A program made the position numbers and the translations under genes. The notes under the pieces are model-generated. The model made no database searches. It had not been told where the DNA came from and worked only from the letters and a program-made list of their open reading frames with translations. From a virus, in IMG/VR virus record IMGVR_UViG_3300034069_000585, positions 1-47,391 of that record: a stretch of 47,391 bases of DNA, one strand, 5' to 3'. Positions 24,290-33,583 of the stretch are shown here, in pieces; the first letter of the stretch is position 1; each line of letters opens with the position of its first letter.

Positions 24290-27200
24290 CTATAGGCTTG
24301 AGGCCGTCCGTAGCACGGAGCCGTAATTCGGTGTAGCGCCCGAGAAACCGCCGAGACTGGTGACTGCCGCGATCAACGTGTCGATCTTCGCGTTCTGGAT
24401 CGCGATCAGGTCGTTCGTCTCATTCACCGCCGCCGTGGTGGCCGCCTGCGCCGCCGTGGTCACGCCGGCCGCTTCGTTGACCCGCTGCCGCTCCATTTCA
24501 ATGACGCGCTCTGCCGCCGTCTGCGCGCCGGCCCGGTCGCCCGAATACTGCCCGCCGGCCGTGCCGAAGCTGTCACGGGACAGCGCCACCTTCTGCGCGA
24601 GCAGGTTGGCGAGCTGGTCGGCCGCACCATCCTTGCCCGCCTCCGCGTCGGCCTGCACCGTCGCGATTTGCCGCGACAGCGCCGCCAGCCGCTCGACCGG
24701 GGAGCCTTCCGCGAGGTCGCCGAACTTGAGCGCGTCGAGAAACGACGACAGACCGCCGATGCGCGACTTGAGCGTGTCCTCGATCAGCTTCGTCCGCGTC
24801 TCCACATTGTCGCGCTCCACCGCTGCCACGTCGAGGCCATACGCCTTCGCCAGCCGCAGCCGTTCCTTGGCGCTGTTCGCCTCCGTATCGAAGATGCCCG
24901 CTAGGGTGCCGTTCAGGCCGCGTAGCCGCGTTTCGAGCGCCTTGACGCCCAAGGCTTCGCTGACCGCTTTGTTCACGTCGCTGCTTCCGCGAACGGCGCG
25001 CTGCATCGCATCGGACAGGCCAGTGATTGCACCGTCGAGGATGGCATCGCGCAGGGCGGCGTTCTGCGCCTCCTCTTGCGTGTCAAATGCCTGTACGCCG
25101 GTCAGCTTACCGCGCCCGGTGGTATCGACACGGTATGCACCGGCCTTATGGCCCGGACGGTAGCCGATCGATACATTCGCGGTGCCCAACCCACCGCCGA
25201 GTTGCGCGGCGATCTGGTTCAAGCTGTCAGCGAGGCCGCCGCCCAAGGCGTTGGCGTTGTTCTTCGCCTCACGTCCGTAGCCGGTGGCCGCGCCGGCTGA
25301 CGCAATGCCATCGGCGAAATTGAGAGTGGACGATGCCTGCTTGTCGCGCTTGAACAGGCCGCCGACGACGGAGCCAAGCACGCCCCCGATAGCCGATCCG
25401 ATCGGGCCGCCGAATGAGCCGAGCGCGCCACCGATCGCCGCGCCGGTGTTCGAAGTCTTAAGGCCGAGCGCCTTGACCAGTGGTGCGGCGATGTTGGCGG
25501 TTGCGGCCCCCGTGGCGGCCCCAGCGATGGCCTTGCCGCCATATTGCCCGAACGATGCGCCGATGCGCTTGGCGTTCTCCGGGTTGGTGAACGCGCCCGC
25601 CACCTTTGAGCCGATCCCGTTCAAGGCACGCTCGAATAGCGATCCGGAGGTGAGTGCGCCGCCCGCGCTGCCGCCGCCGCGCCGACCCACCACGACGATA
25701 TCGCCGGTGCCAGGATCGATCCCGCTTTGCGCCGATGGGCCAGTAGGACCGCGATAGCCCGCCAACAAGCTCGCCAGCGAGCCGCCGCCTGCCGCCCCGC
25801 CGCCAGTGACGGCCGACGCCGCGCCGTTCAGCGCCACCGTGAACCCGCCGAGCGCGGCCGTGGCGTCGTCTACCGGCGGCTTGAAGTTGGCGACCGCCTC
25901 CCCCGTTACGCGGGTCTGGTCAGCGGCGACCTTGACCGCATCGGCCATCCGTTCCGAAGCGTCCTTCACGACGCTCGTACCGTTCACCTGATCCTCAAGC
26001 TCGCGGAACACGTCACCGAAGATGCTGTCGAACAGCTTGCGGCCTTGCAGCGTCTGGAACGCGTCGAGCAGCTTGCCGGGCGACTTGAGCAGTTGTCCCA
26101 GGTCGCCGCGCACGAACGCCTGTGTGGCGTCCTCCACCACGCCCTTGATGCCGCCAAGCGCCTCCAGATACTTGGCGTTCTTCTCGCGCAGCACGTCCAA
26201 CTCGCGCTGTTGCGCGCGCATGGCTTGGACCGTCGCAAGCACGCTGTCCTTCTGCTGATCGGTCAGCGACCCCATCTGCGCCTGTAGCTGCTGCACGACG
26301 CGGAGGGCGTTGGCTTCGTCGATCCGTCCGGCGCTGGTCAGGCGCTGCACCGCAAGCTGTTCGTCCTGCGCCTTGAGATAGTCGCGGAACGGCTTGGTCA
26401 GGTTGTTCTCGATCAGCGGTTTCAGCGCGTTCGCGTCGTCGATCAACTGTTTGAAGTTCGGCGGCTTGCGGCGGCCGAGGTCGTCGATCAGATCGTCGAG
26501 CTGGCGCAACTGCTTGTTGACGTTAGCGATGACCGGCGGGGTGGTGTCGAACTGCTCGCGAATGGACGCGAGGCGATCGGCGGCGTCACGGCCGAACTCG
26601 TCACGCGAAGCGGTCGACTTTGGCTTTGGCGGCTTCTTCGTCCGGCCGGTCTGGCGCAGGCCGCTGGCGAGTTCGCCTTCCCGCAACGACTTGTCGGCGA
26701 GCGCGGCGATCTCGCGCAAGGCCGGCGCGCTGGCGAAATCACGCACGCCCTCAAGGAAGGATTGCCGGTCAACGCCGGTGCCGGTGAAGTCGAGCCGTTC
26801 GGCCGCCGCAATGGCATCTTCCGGCTTAATCGTGCCCGACTTGATGCCCTGCACGACGCGGCCGATGTTCTTCGCGTTGGTGCCGCCGCGCTCTGTGCCG
26901 CTGACCAGCCCCTGCGCCGCGCCGAACGCTCCGCCGAGAAACGCACCAACGCCGCCAGCCCGAGCGCGCCCCGCCAGCGAACCAGCGGCCGCGCCTTGCC
27001 CGGCGGCGGTCAGGCGATCGGTGACGGACTGCCTGCCCGCCGCGTCAAACGTCTTGTCGGCGTTCAACTGCGCCTGTGCCGCTTGGGTGCGCAGGTTGAT
27101 GCCGGCGAGGCGGGCGTTGACCCGCATCAGTTCGGCCGACGCGGCCAGTTCGGCGTTCTGCGACTTGATCTTGCCCGTCGTCAGGTCGAAGATTTGCCCA

Positions 27201-27796
27201 AGCGCACCCTGCGCCGCCGCCAGTCCATTCGAGCCGAGTTCGACTTCCTTCGCGGCCTCGCCAGCCTTAAACAGGTTCTCGACGAATGGAGCCAACACCG
27301 CTGCGCCGACCGTCAGGGCGATGCCCCACGGGCCGGTCAGGAATGCGCCGACCTTGCCCAGCCGGCCGCCCATCTCGGATAGCGCGAAGCCAAGCTGCCC
27401 AGCCTGCTGCCCAAAGGCCCGCGCGATCGATGTCCCGCCGGCCACCTGCAACCCGAAGTCGCCGAACTGCTGCCCGACGTTGCGGATCGCGTATTGCTGG
27501 CGGTTGGCGGAGGCCGTGACATCGTTGCTGGCCTTGCTGAACCCGGCGAGCGTTGCCTTGGCGCTGGCGAACCGGGCTTCGGCTGTCGCAAGGCCAGCGG
27601 TGGCGCGTAGCTGCGCCTCAGCGCTCTTGCCGACCGCCTCCGCCTGCTTGGTATGCGCGATGTCGAGGCTGGTCGCGGCGGCGGCTAGACGCTTCTCCGC
27701 CGCCTCCAGTTTAAGGAGCGCGGCTTCGCCTTCGGACGCCCCCTTGACCATACCGGAAGCGTCGGCGGTGATGCGGGCGGAAAGGTCGAAGGCCAT
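24290..27796 (-). CDS. tape measure protein (1168 aa)
   Basis: Size, A/G/L-rich helical N-terminal two thirds, glycine-rich hydrophobic segments (GGALGSFGGPIGSAIGGVLGSVVGGLF), and its position after the G/G-T chaperones. Confidence 0.85.
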   Translation of the reverse strand: MAFDLSARITADASGMVKGASEGEAALLKLEAAEKRLAAAATSLDIAHTKQAEAVGKSAEAQLRATAGLATAEARFASAKATLAGFSKASNDVTASANRQQYAIRNVGQQFGDFGLQVAGGTSIARAFGQQAGQLGFALSEMGGRLGKVGAFLTGPWGIALTVGAAVLAPFVENLFKAGEAAKEVELGSNGLAAAQGALGQIFDLTTGKIKSQNAELAASAELMRVNARLAGINLRTQAAQAQLNADKTFDAAGRQSVTDRLTAAGQGAAAGSLAGRARAGGVGAFLGGAFGAAQGLVSGTERGGTNAKNIGRVVQGIKSGTIKPEDAIAAAERLDFTGTGVDRQSFLEGVRDFASAPALREIAALADKSLREGELASGLRQTGRTKKPPKPKSTASRDEFGRDAADRLASIREQFDTTPPVIANVNKQLRQLDDLIDDLGRRKPPNFKQLIDDANALKPLIENNLTKPFRDYLKAQDEQLAVQRLTSAGRIDEANALRVVQQLQAQMGSLTDQQKDSVLATVQAMRAQQRELDVLREKNAKYLEALGGIKGVVEDATQAFVRGDLGQLLKSPGKLLDAFQTLQGRKLFDSIFGDVFRELEDQVNGTSVVKDASERMADAVKVAADQTRVTGEAVANFKPPVDDATAALGGFTVALNGAASAVTGGGAAGGGSLASLLAGYRGPTGPSAQSGIDPGTGDIVVVGRRGGGSAGGALTSGSLFERALNGIGSKVAGAFTNPENAKRIGASFGQYGGKAIAGAATGAATANIAAPLVKALGLKTSNTGAAIGGALGSFGGPIGSAIGGVLGSVVGGLFKRDKQASSTLNFADGIASAGAATGYGREAKNNANALGGGLADSLNQIAAQLGGGLGTANVSIGYRPGHKAGAYRVDTTGRGKLTGVQAFDTQEEAQNAALRDAILDGAITGLSDAMQRAVRGSSDVNKAVSEALGVKALETRLRGLNGTLAGIFDTEANSAKERLRLAKAYGLDVAAVERDNVETRTKLIEDTLKSRIGGLSSFLDALKFGDLAEGSPVERLAALSRQIATVQADAEAGKDGAADQLANLLAQKVALSRDSFGTAGGQYSGDRAGAQTAAERVIEMERQRVNEAAGVTTAAQAATTAAVNETNDLIAIQNAKIDTLIAAVTSLGGFSGATPNYGSVLRTASSL

Positions 27797-27822
27797 GCGG
27801 AACCCCTATCTAGTGGCCCCTC

Positions 27823-28224
27823 CTACCGCTTCCGCGCCCAATATTCCATTGCAGCCGCTTCCATGATCCGCACGTCAGGGAAAGCGGCGCGCAGCTTCTT
27901 CGGCTTGATGCCCAACAGTCGGGCCGATGCCTCTAGGCCGGGGCGGCTGATCCCGGCGCGGATGAAGCCCGCCATGCCCGACAGCCATACCCATTCCGCG
28001 TCACAGAGCAGGGCGAAGGCGTCGCGCATGTCGGGCCATACCGGGATGCTGTCGGGGTCGTCGCCAGTTTCGCCGAAGGCGCGCGGATCAACGTTGAACC
28101 GCGCGCACTCCTGTTCCCACTCGGTCAGTTCTGCGACGGGTTGCTCTTGCTGGTCGCGTCCTTCGGCGTCGCGTCGGAAGGCTCGACCGCCGGCCCATTG
28201 GCGGGCGAGCCTGCGGAGTTTCCC
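27823..28224 (-). CDS. tail assembly chaperone -1 frame extension (gpT-like, DUF1799-type), expressed as a G-T fusion
   Basis: The -1 frame is open from the slippery site to 27823 and encodes ...ELTEWEQECARFNVDPRAFGE...VWPDMRDAFALLCDAEWVW... It has no credible start of its own upstream of Met 28029. Confidence 0.7.
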   Translation of the reverse strand, partial: GKLRRLARQWAGGRAFRRDAEGRDQQEQPVAELTEWEQECARFNVDPRAFGETGDDPDSIPVWPDMRDAFALLCDAEWVWLSGMAGFIRAGISRPGLEASARLLGIKPKKLRAAFPDVRIMEAAAMEYWARKR

Positions 28225-28604
28225 TCCCGCAGTTCCGCTTGTCCGCTCCAGGCATTGCGATAGGCCACACCGAAACCGCTGGCGAAGTTCGGCACCTGCA
28301 ACATGCGATCGATATTGTCGTCGGTGAACGGCACGTTCTTGCCGTTGGAGGAGACGCCGCGCCAGTTCTTGGCCACCGTCTTGAACGTCTCGCGATCATG
28401 GATGCGGCGGGCGGCCGTATCGGCATCGGCCGCGATCTTGTCGCTGGCGGCAAGCCATTCGTTCAGCGGGTCCACGTCGAGCAATTCGATCTGCACGTCG
28501 ACGGTATGCTCGACTGCCACCGCGTCCCCATTGTCGTCCGCCTTCAAGCCCGGCCACTTGACCGGAATGTAAATCAGCGGCTTGTCGAGAAGGTCGAACG
28601 ACAT
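28125..28604 (-). CDS. tail assembly chaperone (gpG-like, 159 aa)
   Basis: Lies between the tail tube and tape measure genes and contains the slippery heptamer near its 3' end. Confidence 0.75.
   Translation of the reverse strand: MSFDLLDKPLIYIPVKWPGLKADDNGDAVAVEHTVDVQIELLDVDPLNEWLAASDKIAADADTAARRIHDRETFKTVAKNWRGVSSNGKNVPFTDDNIDRMLQVPNFASGFGVAYRNAWSGQAELREGNSAGSPANGPAVEPSDATPKDATSKSNPSQN
28218..28224 (-). other. programmed -1 frameshift slippery heptamer G GGA AAC
   Basis: Minus strand reads GAG GGA AAC in the G frame (X XXY YYZ). Slipping back one base joins the open T frame. Lambda uses G GGA AAG at the equivalent place. Confidence 0.7.
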
Positions 28605-28617
28605 GGGTTTCGCTCCG

Positions 28618-29571
28618 TCATTTCGTGGTGAAGATCACCTCGTCGTTACCGACATTCGGGAGCGCCGTCACGGGGATTGTCGCCATCGTCTCGCCGTCCT
28701 CGTTGGACAGCGACACGTCGCCCGTGATCTGGAGGCGGGGGCAATCTGCCTGCACGATGTTGCCGGCCGTGGTGCCATGGACGGCGGTCGCCGGCAGAGT
28801 CGCGCCGTTGCGGATCGTGGCGAACGGGTTGGCGTTGGCGACCGTGATGTCGGGCACGCGCACCACCAGCGTTCCGCTCCACGACCGGCCGCCGTAGTTG
28901 ATACGGTCCTGCGGATTGATCAGCGAACGAAGCGCGAGCTGTGCATTGTCGCTCATCGTCCACGACCGCAGCGGGAAGGCATAGCCGCCCATGGTGAACG
29001 TCGACACCTCCGTCGAGGCGATCAGCGGCGTTTGATAGCCGGTCGGCACCAGCGCCGGCGGCGTTGCCTGATCGGCGAGCGAGGCCGGCGGCCGGCCCAG
29101 CATGTTGATCGAGAACACCGGGATTTCGTCGTCTTGGAACGTGAAGCCGACGCCGCCGCGCGTGCCGATCGCCTTCAACAGCAGATCGTCGATGTACGTG
29201 TAGAAGGTGCCGGCCGCGATGCTGTCGGTCGCCGGGGAAATGGACACGCTCGACGCACCCACGACCGGCGTGCCGAAGCCGCAGAACGCCAGAACCTTCA
29301 TCCAGGGCGGGATGCCGGTGGCGGTGCCTGCGCCGATCCAGTCCATGTCGAACGACGCGCCGCGCCGGAAGCTGGCGAGCGCCACCGGGTCCGCGCCGAA
29401 GAACGCCTTTTCGAGCGTCCGAACTTTCTGGTCCGCGTTCATGAACGTCGGCGTGAAGTTGCGGACCAACAGCGCGTCGGCGGCGACACCGGGCGCGGCA
29501 TCCGTGCCCTCGGTCGTCTCCGCCTTGAGCAAGATCAGCTTCTTGTTCCAGTTCTTGATTGCGCCGGGCAT
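28618..29571 (-). CDS. major tail (tube) protein (317 aa)
   Basis: Assigned by position immediately upstream of the chaperone pair, by size, and by beta-rich composition. Confidence 0.7.
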   Translation of the reverse strand: MPGAIKNWNKKLILLKAETTEGTDAAPGVAADALLVRNFTPTFMNADQKVRTLEKAFFGADPVALASFRRGASFDMDWIGAGTATGIPPWMKVLAFCGFGTPVVGASSVSISPATDSIAAGTFYTYIDDLLLKAIGTRGGVGFTFQDDEIPVFSINMLGRPPASLADQATPPALVPTGYQTPLIASTEVSTFTMGGYAFPLRSWTMSDNAQLALRSLINPQDRINYGGRSWSGTLVVRVPDITVANANPFATIRNGATLPATAVHGTTAGNIVQADCPRLQITGDVSLSNEDGETMATIPVTALPNVGNDEVIFTTK

Positions 29572-29574
29572 CTG

Positions 29575-29937
29575 TTACGCCTCCGTGCTGGCGGGCGGAC
29601 CCGCGTTGATGGCGTCGAGGATTTGCGCCTTGTTGGCGTTGCCCTCGATCGGGATTTGACGGGTCGCCGCCTCGTCGAGCAGCCGTTCCTTCGTCCAGTC
29701 CATGGACGGAGTGGCATCCGCTTCCGCCTTCGCCGCATCGGCGCGCTCGGCGATCAGTCGCTCGCCGGTCGAAACGATCAGGTCATCGTCGACCAGCCCT
29801 TCCGGGTCGGTCGTCTTACCGGCGTCTGCCAGCGCCTCGGCGCGGAGGCGGGCGTTCAGCGGATAGCCGCCTTGCAGTGCGAAGCCGGTGGCCTCGTCGA
29901 CTGCCGGCGGTTGGGTCTGGGGGGTGTCATCTGCCAT
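29575..29937 (-). CDS. acidic protein with C-terminal HeH/SAP-like motif (120 aa)
   Basis: ATG 29937 after AGGAGC. The C-terminus WTKERLLDEAATRQIPIEGNANKAQILDAINA resembles the helix-extended-helix motif. Confidence 0.55.
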   Translation of the reverse strand: MADDTPQTQPPAVDEATGFALQGGYPLNARLRAEALADAGKTTDPEGLVDDDLIVSTGERLIAERADAAKAEADATPSMDWTKERLLDEAATRQIPIEGNANKAQILDAINAGPPASTEA

Positions 29938-30000
29938 CGCTTCGGCTCCTGTGAAGTCGTCGCGGTGATACGTCCCGCCCCCCACGGGCGAAAGGGTACA

Positions 30001-30447
30001 TTATGCCAGGGTGCTGACCACATAGCGGGTGGTGAACACCACCTCGGCCCACACGAAGCCACCGCCGATCTGGACGACACGGAAGCGTACATAATCCAGT
30101 GGTTTGCCCGCGCCGTCCGGTTGCCAGCCGATAAACTGGCGGATCAGCGCGCGCTTGGCGGTGTCCACCACGTCTTTCGTATCGCGCGCGAAACGGGCGC
30201 TGCTTTCGACGAACAGTATCGTCAGATCGCAATCCACCTCTTGCGTGTGTCCCCCAATATAGTCGTTCTTTGATCTGGCTCGTTCGTCCGATATGGCGAC
30301 GAATGCGGCGGGCGCGCTAGCGGGGATTTCTGCCTCCAGCGCCTCGGTCGCAGCGGTGATGTCGGCTACCGTGACGAAATATGACAGCGCCTCCACGCGC
30401 GCGACGACGGTGGACAGGTCAACGCCGAAGTCGAGCGGGTCAGCCAT
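30001..30447 (-). CDS. neck / tail-terminator-like protein (Mu gp37 position)
   Basis: 148 aa from MADPLDF. Assigned by position between the gpG-like protein and the tail tube region. Confidence 0.5.
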   Translation of the reverse strand: MADPLDFGVDLSTVVARVEALSYFVTVADITAATEALEAEIPASAPAAFVAISDERARSKNDYIGGHTQEVDCDLTILFVESSARFARDTKDVVDTAKRALIRQFIGWQPDGAGKPLDYVRFRVVQIGGGFVWAEVVFTTRYVVSTLA

Positions 30448-31030
30448 TGGAGCGATCCTCTGCAAAGGTGGCGATCAGGCGGCGCTCCCAGGCGCTTTCG
30501 ATGTTCGCCTCGTCGGCCTTGTCGATGCCGATGAACGGGCGAGCGGGCAGGTTGGTGATGCGGCCATGACCGCGCACGGTGGACGTGACAGGCCGGCGCA
30601 GCGGTGCGCCGAACGCGCGGGTGACGGTGCGTTCATGGCGGACGACGACCGTCTGCCGGTGCGATCCGAACTGATTGGCGAGCGCCTTGACCGGGTTCTT
30701 GAGGCCGTCCGATCCAACCTCGACGTAATCCGGCCCCACCTGCGCGCGGATGCTGGACAGGAGGTCGCCGGTATCGACGAGGATGCGCGCCTTGTTCGGG
30801 CCGGCGGGGCCAACTGCCTGTCGCACCTGCCGCTTGGTCTGCGCCCACGGGATGCCGTCAGGGCCCCGCCCGGTGCGGAAACGCTCGACGGTGCTATCGA
30901 GCAGGACGCTTTTCGCATCCTCCATGAACGGCCGGATGTTGCCGCCGAGCGCGCGCATATTGCGCAGCGCCGCCAGTGGACGCGACAGGCCGCTGCCCTC
31001 GAAGTCGATGCGGGTGGCGAAGCCCGCCAC
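30440..31030 (-). CDS. phage virion morphogenesis protein (Mu gpG / P2 gpS family)
   Basis: 196 aa. SVLLDSTVERFRTGRGPDGIPW...ILVDTGDLLSSI...LPARPFIGI fits that family. GTG start after TGGAGG. Confidence 0.7.
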   Translation of the reverse strand: MAGFATRIDFEGSGLSRPLAALRNMRALGGNIRPFMEDAKSVLLDSTVERFRTGRGPDGIPWAQTKRQVRQAVGPAGPNKARILVDTGDLLSSIRAQVGPDYVEVGSDGLKNPVKALANQFGSHRQTVVVRHERTVTRAFGAPLRRPVTSTVRGHGRITNLPARPFIGIDKADEANIESAWERRLIATFAEDRSNG

Positions 31031-31031
31031 G

Positions 31032-31529
31032 TCAGCGCCTCCAGTTGGGCAGGCAACTGCCGCCGGTGAACGCCGACGTGAAATCGTTCAGCACGTCGTT
31101 GGTGAAGGTCGGCGAAATGCGATCGCCGAGGATCACGGGTGCGCCTCCGTCGATCGGTGCCGGCGCTTCGTCGCCTTCGGGGATGGGCAGGTTCAGCTTG
31201 CGGTTGGACAGGTCGCGAAGGTCGGCGCGCGCGCGATCAGCCGCCAGCCGGATCGCTTCGGCCACGCGCCCGGTGTTCGTCGCCAGTTGCTCCCGTGCAA
31301 GCGCCGCGACCCACCCGCGCACGATCGGCGGGGCGTTCTCAAGCGGCGTGGTGTAGCGGGTGCCGATATAGGCGTCGACGGCCTGGGACTGATCCTCCAG
31401 CGCCTCGTCGATCTTGCCCTCGTCGTATTGCGCCGTCTGCCCCGGCGTGCGCGCCGCCTCATTGGTCAGGTCGATCGTCTCGCGTGCGCCGAAGCGGCGG
31501 ACGTAATCAGGGACATCGATATACGGCAT
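31032..31529 (-). CDS. head-tail connector protein, DUF1320 (Mu gp36-like)
   Basis: From ATG 31529: MPYIDVPDYVRRFGARETIDLTN...IDEALEDQSQAVDAYIGTRYTTPL is the DUF1320 signature. Confidence 0.7.
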   Translation of the reverse strand: MPYIDVPDYVRRFGARETIDLTNEAARTPGQTAQYDEGKIDEALEDQSQAVDAYIGTRYTTPLENAPPIVRGWVAALAREQLATNTGRVAEAIRLAADRARADLRDLSNRKLNLPIPEGDEAPAPIDGGAPVILGDRISPTFTNDVLNDFTSAFTGGSCLPNWRR

Positions 31530-31545
31530 GGCGGCGGCTCCAAGC

Positions 31546-31578
31546 AAAAACGGCACCCGAGCTATAGCCCAGGTGCCG
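31546..31578 (-). terminator. intrinsic terminator after the capsid sub-module
   Basis: Minus strand reads CGGCACC-loop-GGTGCCG followed by TTTTTGCTT. Located between the 164-aa acidic protein gene and the DUF1320 gene. Confidence 0.5.
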
Positions 31579-31601
31579 CCTCAATGCGATATGCGCGCCG
31601 A

Positions 31602-32096
31602 TCAGGCGGGGTTGCGGGCCGCCAAGATGGCCTGAACCTTCGCCGGGTTGGTGTCCGCGCCGTCGAGGCTGACTTCCTCGCGCTGCGCCTGTGCGACCAG
31701 CTCGTCGGTCTTCATCCGGCTGAGCGCGCGTTCGTCGGGCAAGGTGGTGTCGGCGCTGCCGCTGTCGTCGCTGTCGTCCGTTTCGCTGCCGGCTTCGACG
31801 CGCTCGCGATGCCGGGTCACGCCTTCGCGCAACGCATCGTCGCTCATATCGCGCACCTGCGAATGGAAGGCGGCGAGCGCGGCGGCCTCCAGTTCCGAAC
31901 GGGTCATGTCGCCCACGTCCTTGTCGGAACCCGACAGCGGCACGGGGAAGGTGGTCGGCGGCGTCTCGGCGATACGGCCCTGATCGCGCAGCACGCGCAG
32001 CACCTGCGGATGCGTATCATCGTCGATCTTCTCGCCGAGGGCGTACCGCTTGCCGGCGACATCCTCGCCATCGAACTGCGCGTAATAGTCGGTCAT
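31602..32096 (-). CDS. acidic protein with C-terminal HeH/SAP-like motif (164 aa)
   Basis: ATG 32096 with AGGAG upstream. The 262-aa track ORF extension overlaps the capsid gene and was rejected. The C-terminus reads MKTDELVAQAQREEVSLDGADTNPAKVQAILAA. Confidence 0.55.
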   Translation of the reverse strand: MTDYYAQFDGEDVAGKRYALGEKIDDDTHPQVLRVLRDQGRIAETPPTTFPVPLSGSDKDVGDMTRSELEAAALAAFHSQVRDMSDDALREGVTRHRERVEAGSETDDSDDSGSADTTLPDERALSRMKTDELVAQAQREEVSLDGADTNPAKVQAILAARNPA

Positions 32097-32154
32097 CGTA
32101 GCGGCTCCTGTGGTCTTATCCTCGCGGCGGGGTTGCCCCCGCCGTCCGGTAAGA

Positions 32155-33150
32155 TCACGCGGCCGGCGCGACCACGTTGCGAAACAGATAGCCCGCATAC
32201 GGGGCGACGCTGCGCTCGACAACGCTTTCGCCGGCCAGCACCTTGACGCCGCCATATAGGCCCATCGTACCAGATGCGAACTCCTCCTCCGACGAGACGT
32301 AATCGTTCCACTGGAAGGTCGCCAGAAAAGCCGGCGACCGCGAACCCTCGCCGCTTTCGAGCGACGTGACGCCATCGGACGCGACGCCATCCTGATAGTG
32401 CATGGCGAAGCTGTCCGACCAGATGTTGCCGGTCGTCAGCGTCTGCCCGCGCTTGCTGGTCTGGTACAGCGTGTCGCCGACGATGATCTCGCGCAGGTTG
32501 AACAGGCGCGCGACGCGCTGGAGGTCGTTGTATTGGCCCGACTGGAGCGAGCCGCCCAGCGCAGCCGCGACCTTCGGGTGCCGCTCCAGAATGTCCGCGA
32601 CACGACGCGAGCAGACGCCGACGTTCGGACGGATCAGCATCTTGGCCTGTGCGTCGCGCACGTCGGCGACCGGATCGCTGGTGGTGAAGTTCGACCAGCC
32701 CTGCGCGATATCACGCGTATAGTCGGCCAGATAGGAGCCCGCCGACATCGTGAGCGTCGCAACCCGGATTTCGCGGCCGAGCTGAATTTGATCGATGACG
32801 GCGCGCGCGGCACCAGCGCGAAGGTCAAACGGCAGGCCTTGCGCTTCCGCTTCCTTGAGGTCGCGATAGGGCACCGGCTCGCGGATCGCATAGTCGCGGG
32901 TGTAGTCGCTCTGGAGCGTCCACCCATGCGTCATCTCGTTCGCCTGACCCAGTCGATCAATCTGGGTGTCATAGACGGTGAACGCCTCGCCGATGTTCGA
33001 CGAATACCAGCGAAAGTGCTGACTGGGGACGCGGCGACGCGGCGCAACCCGATCGGCGATATAGCCACGGTTGGCCCGGTTGATGCCGGCATAGTCGATC
33101 GCCACGCCCGAGAGCGGAACGGAGATGATGGGGAAATTGGCGCGGGCCAT
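32155..33150 (-). CDS. major capsid protein (HK97-fold, lambda gpE-like by pattern)
   Basis: 331 aa. It sits after the protease/scaffold and DUF2190 genes, the usual order for this capsid type. Confidence 0.8.
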   Translation of the reverse strand: MARANFPIISVPLSGVAIDYAGINRANRGYIADRVAPRRRVPSQHFRWYSSNIGEAFTVYDTQIDRLGQANEMTHGWTLQSDYTRDYAIREPVPYRDLKEAEAQGLPFDLRAGAARAVIDQIQLGREIRVATLTMSAGSYLADYTRDIAQGWSNFTTSDPVADVRDAQAKMLIRPNVGVCSRRVADILERHPKVAAALGGSLQSGQYNDLQRVARLFNLREIIVGDTLYQTSKRGQTLTTGNIWSDSFAMHYQDGVASDGVTSLESGEGSRSPAFLATFQWNDYVSSEEEFASGTMGLYGGVKVLAGESVVERSVAPYAGYLFRNVVAPAA

Positions 33151-33176
33151 TGCGGTCTATCCTTGTGCCGAGAGGT

Positions 33177-33545
33177 TCAGAGAACGCCGGGGGCGACGTT
33201 GACGGTGCCGATGTCGCCGGTCACGCCGGAAACCTCCGCGAAGCCGACGTAATGCGCGCCGGTGGTGGTGGTCGTGATGGCGCGGCCCTGTGCGTCGGCC
33301 GTCAGCTTGTCGCCGCGCGCCACGGTGCCGCCATAGCGAACCTCCGCGACGTTGCCGACCATCTGAACGGAGATGCGCTCGCCGGCGACGACTTCGATTT
33401 CGGACGACACGCCGATGATCGGCTTCGTCGCGTCCACCGCGATTGCGCCGACGCCATCGGCCGCGCCTTCGGTGATGAGGGTATAGGCCGGGACCGTCCC
33501 GGTGGCGTTGCGGCTCTTGATCAGCCCGTTCGTGGTGCGGCCCAT
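33177..33545 (-). CDS. DUF2190 head decoration / cement-like protein
   Basis: 122 aa with AGGAGA Shine-Dalgarno. The G/V/A-rich beta protein ...VAGERISVQMVGNVAEVRYGGTVARGDKL... matches the DUF2190 pattern. Confidence 0.7.
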   Translation of the reverse strand: MGRTTNGLIKSRNATGTVPAYTLITEGAADGVGAIAVDATKPIIGVSSEIEVVAGERISVQMVGNVAEVRYGGTVARGDKLTADAQGRAITTTTTGAHYVGFAEVSGVTGDIGTVNVAPGVL

Positions 33546-33583
33546 GGCCTATCTCCTGTTGGTCTGCGGTGGGGTGGTAGGGG

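Noticed and set aside
28582-30273. 563-aa plus-strand ORF across the tail tube region
   Set aside because: It is antisense to the tail tube and neighbouring genes. It is extremely Arg/Gly/Asp-rich with no domain signature. This is a high-GC shadow ORF.
31602-32390. 262-aa version of the ORF downstream of the capsid gene
   Set aside because: The N-terminal 98 codons overlap the 3' end of the major capsid gene and translate to R/S/A-rich sequence. An AGGAG-preceded ATG at 32096 gives a clean 164-aa acidic protein.
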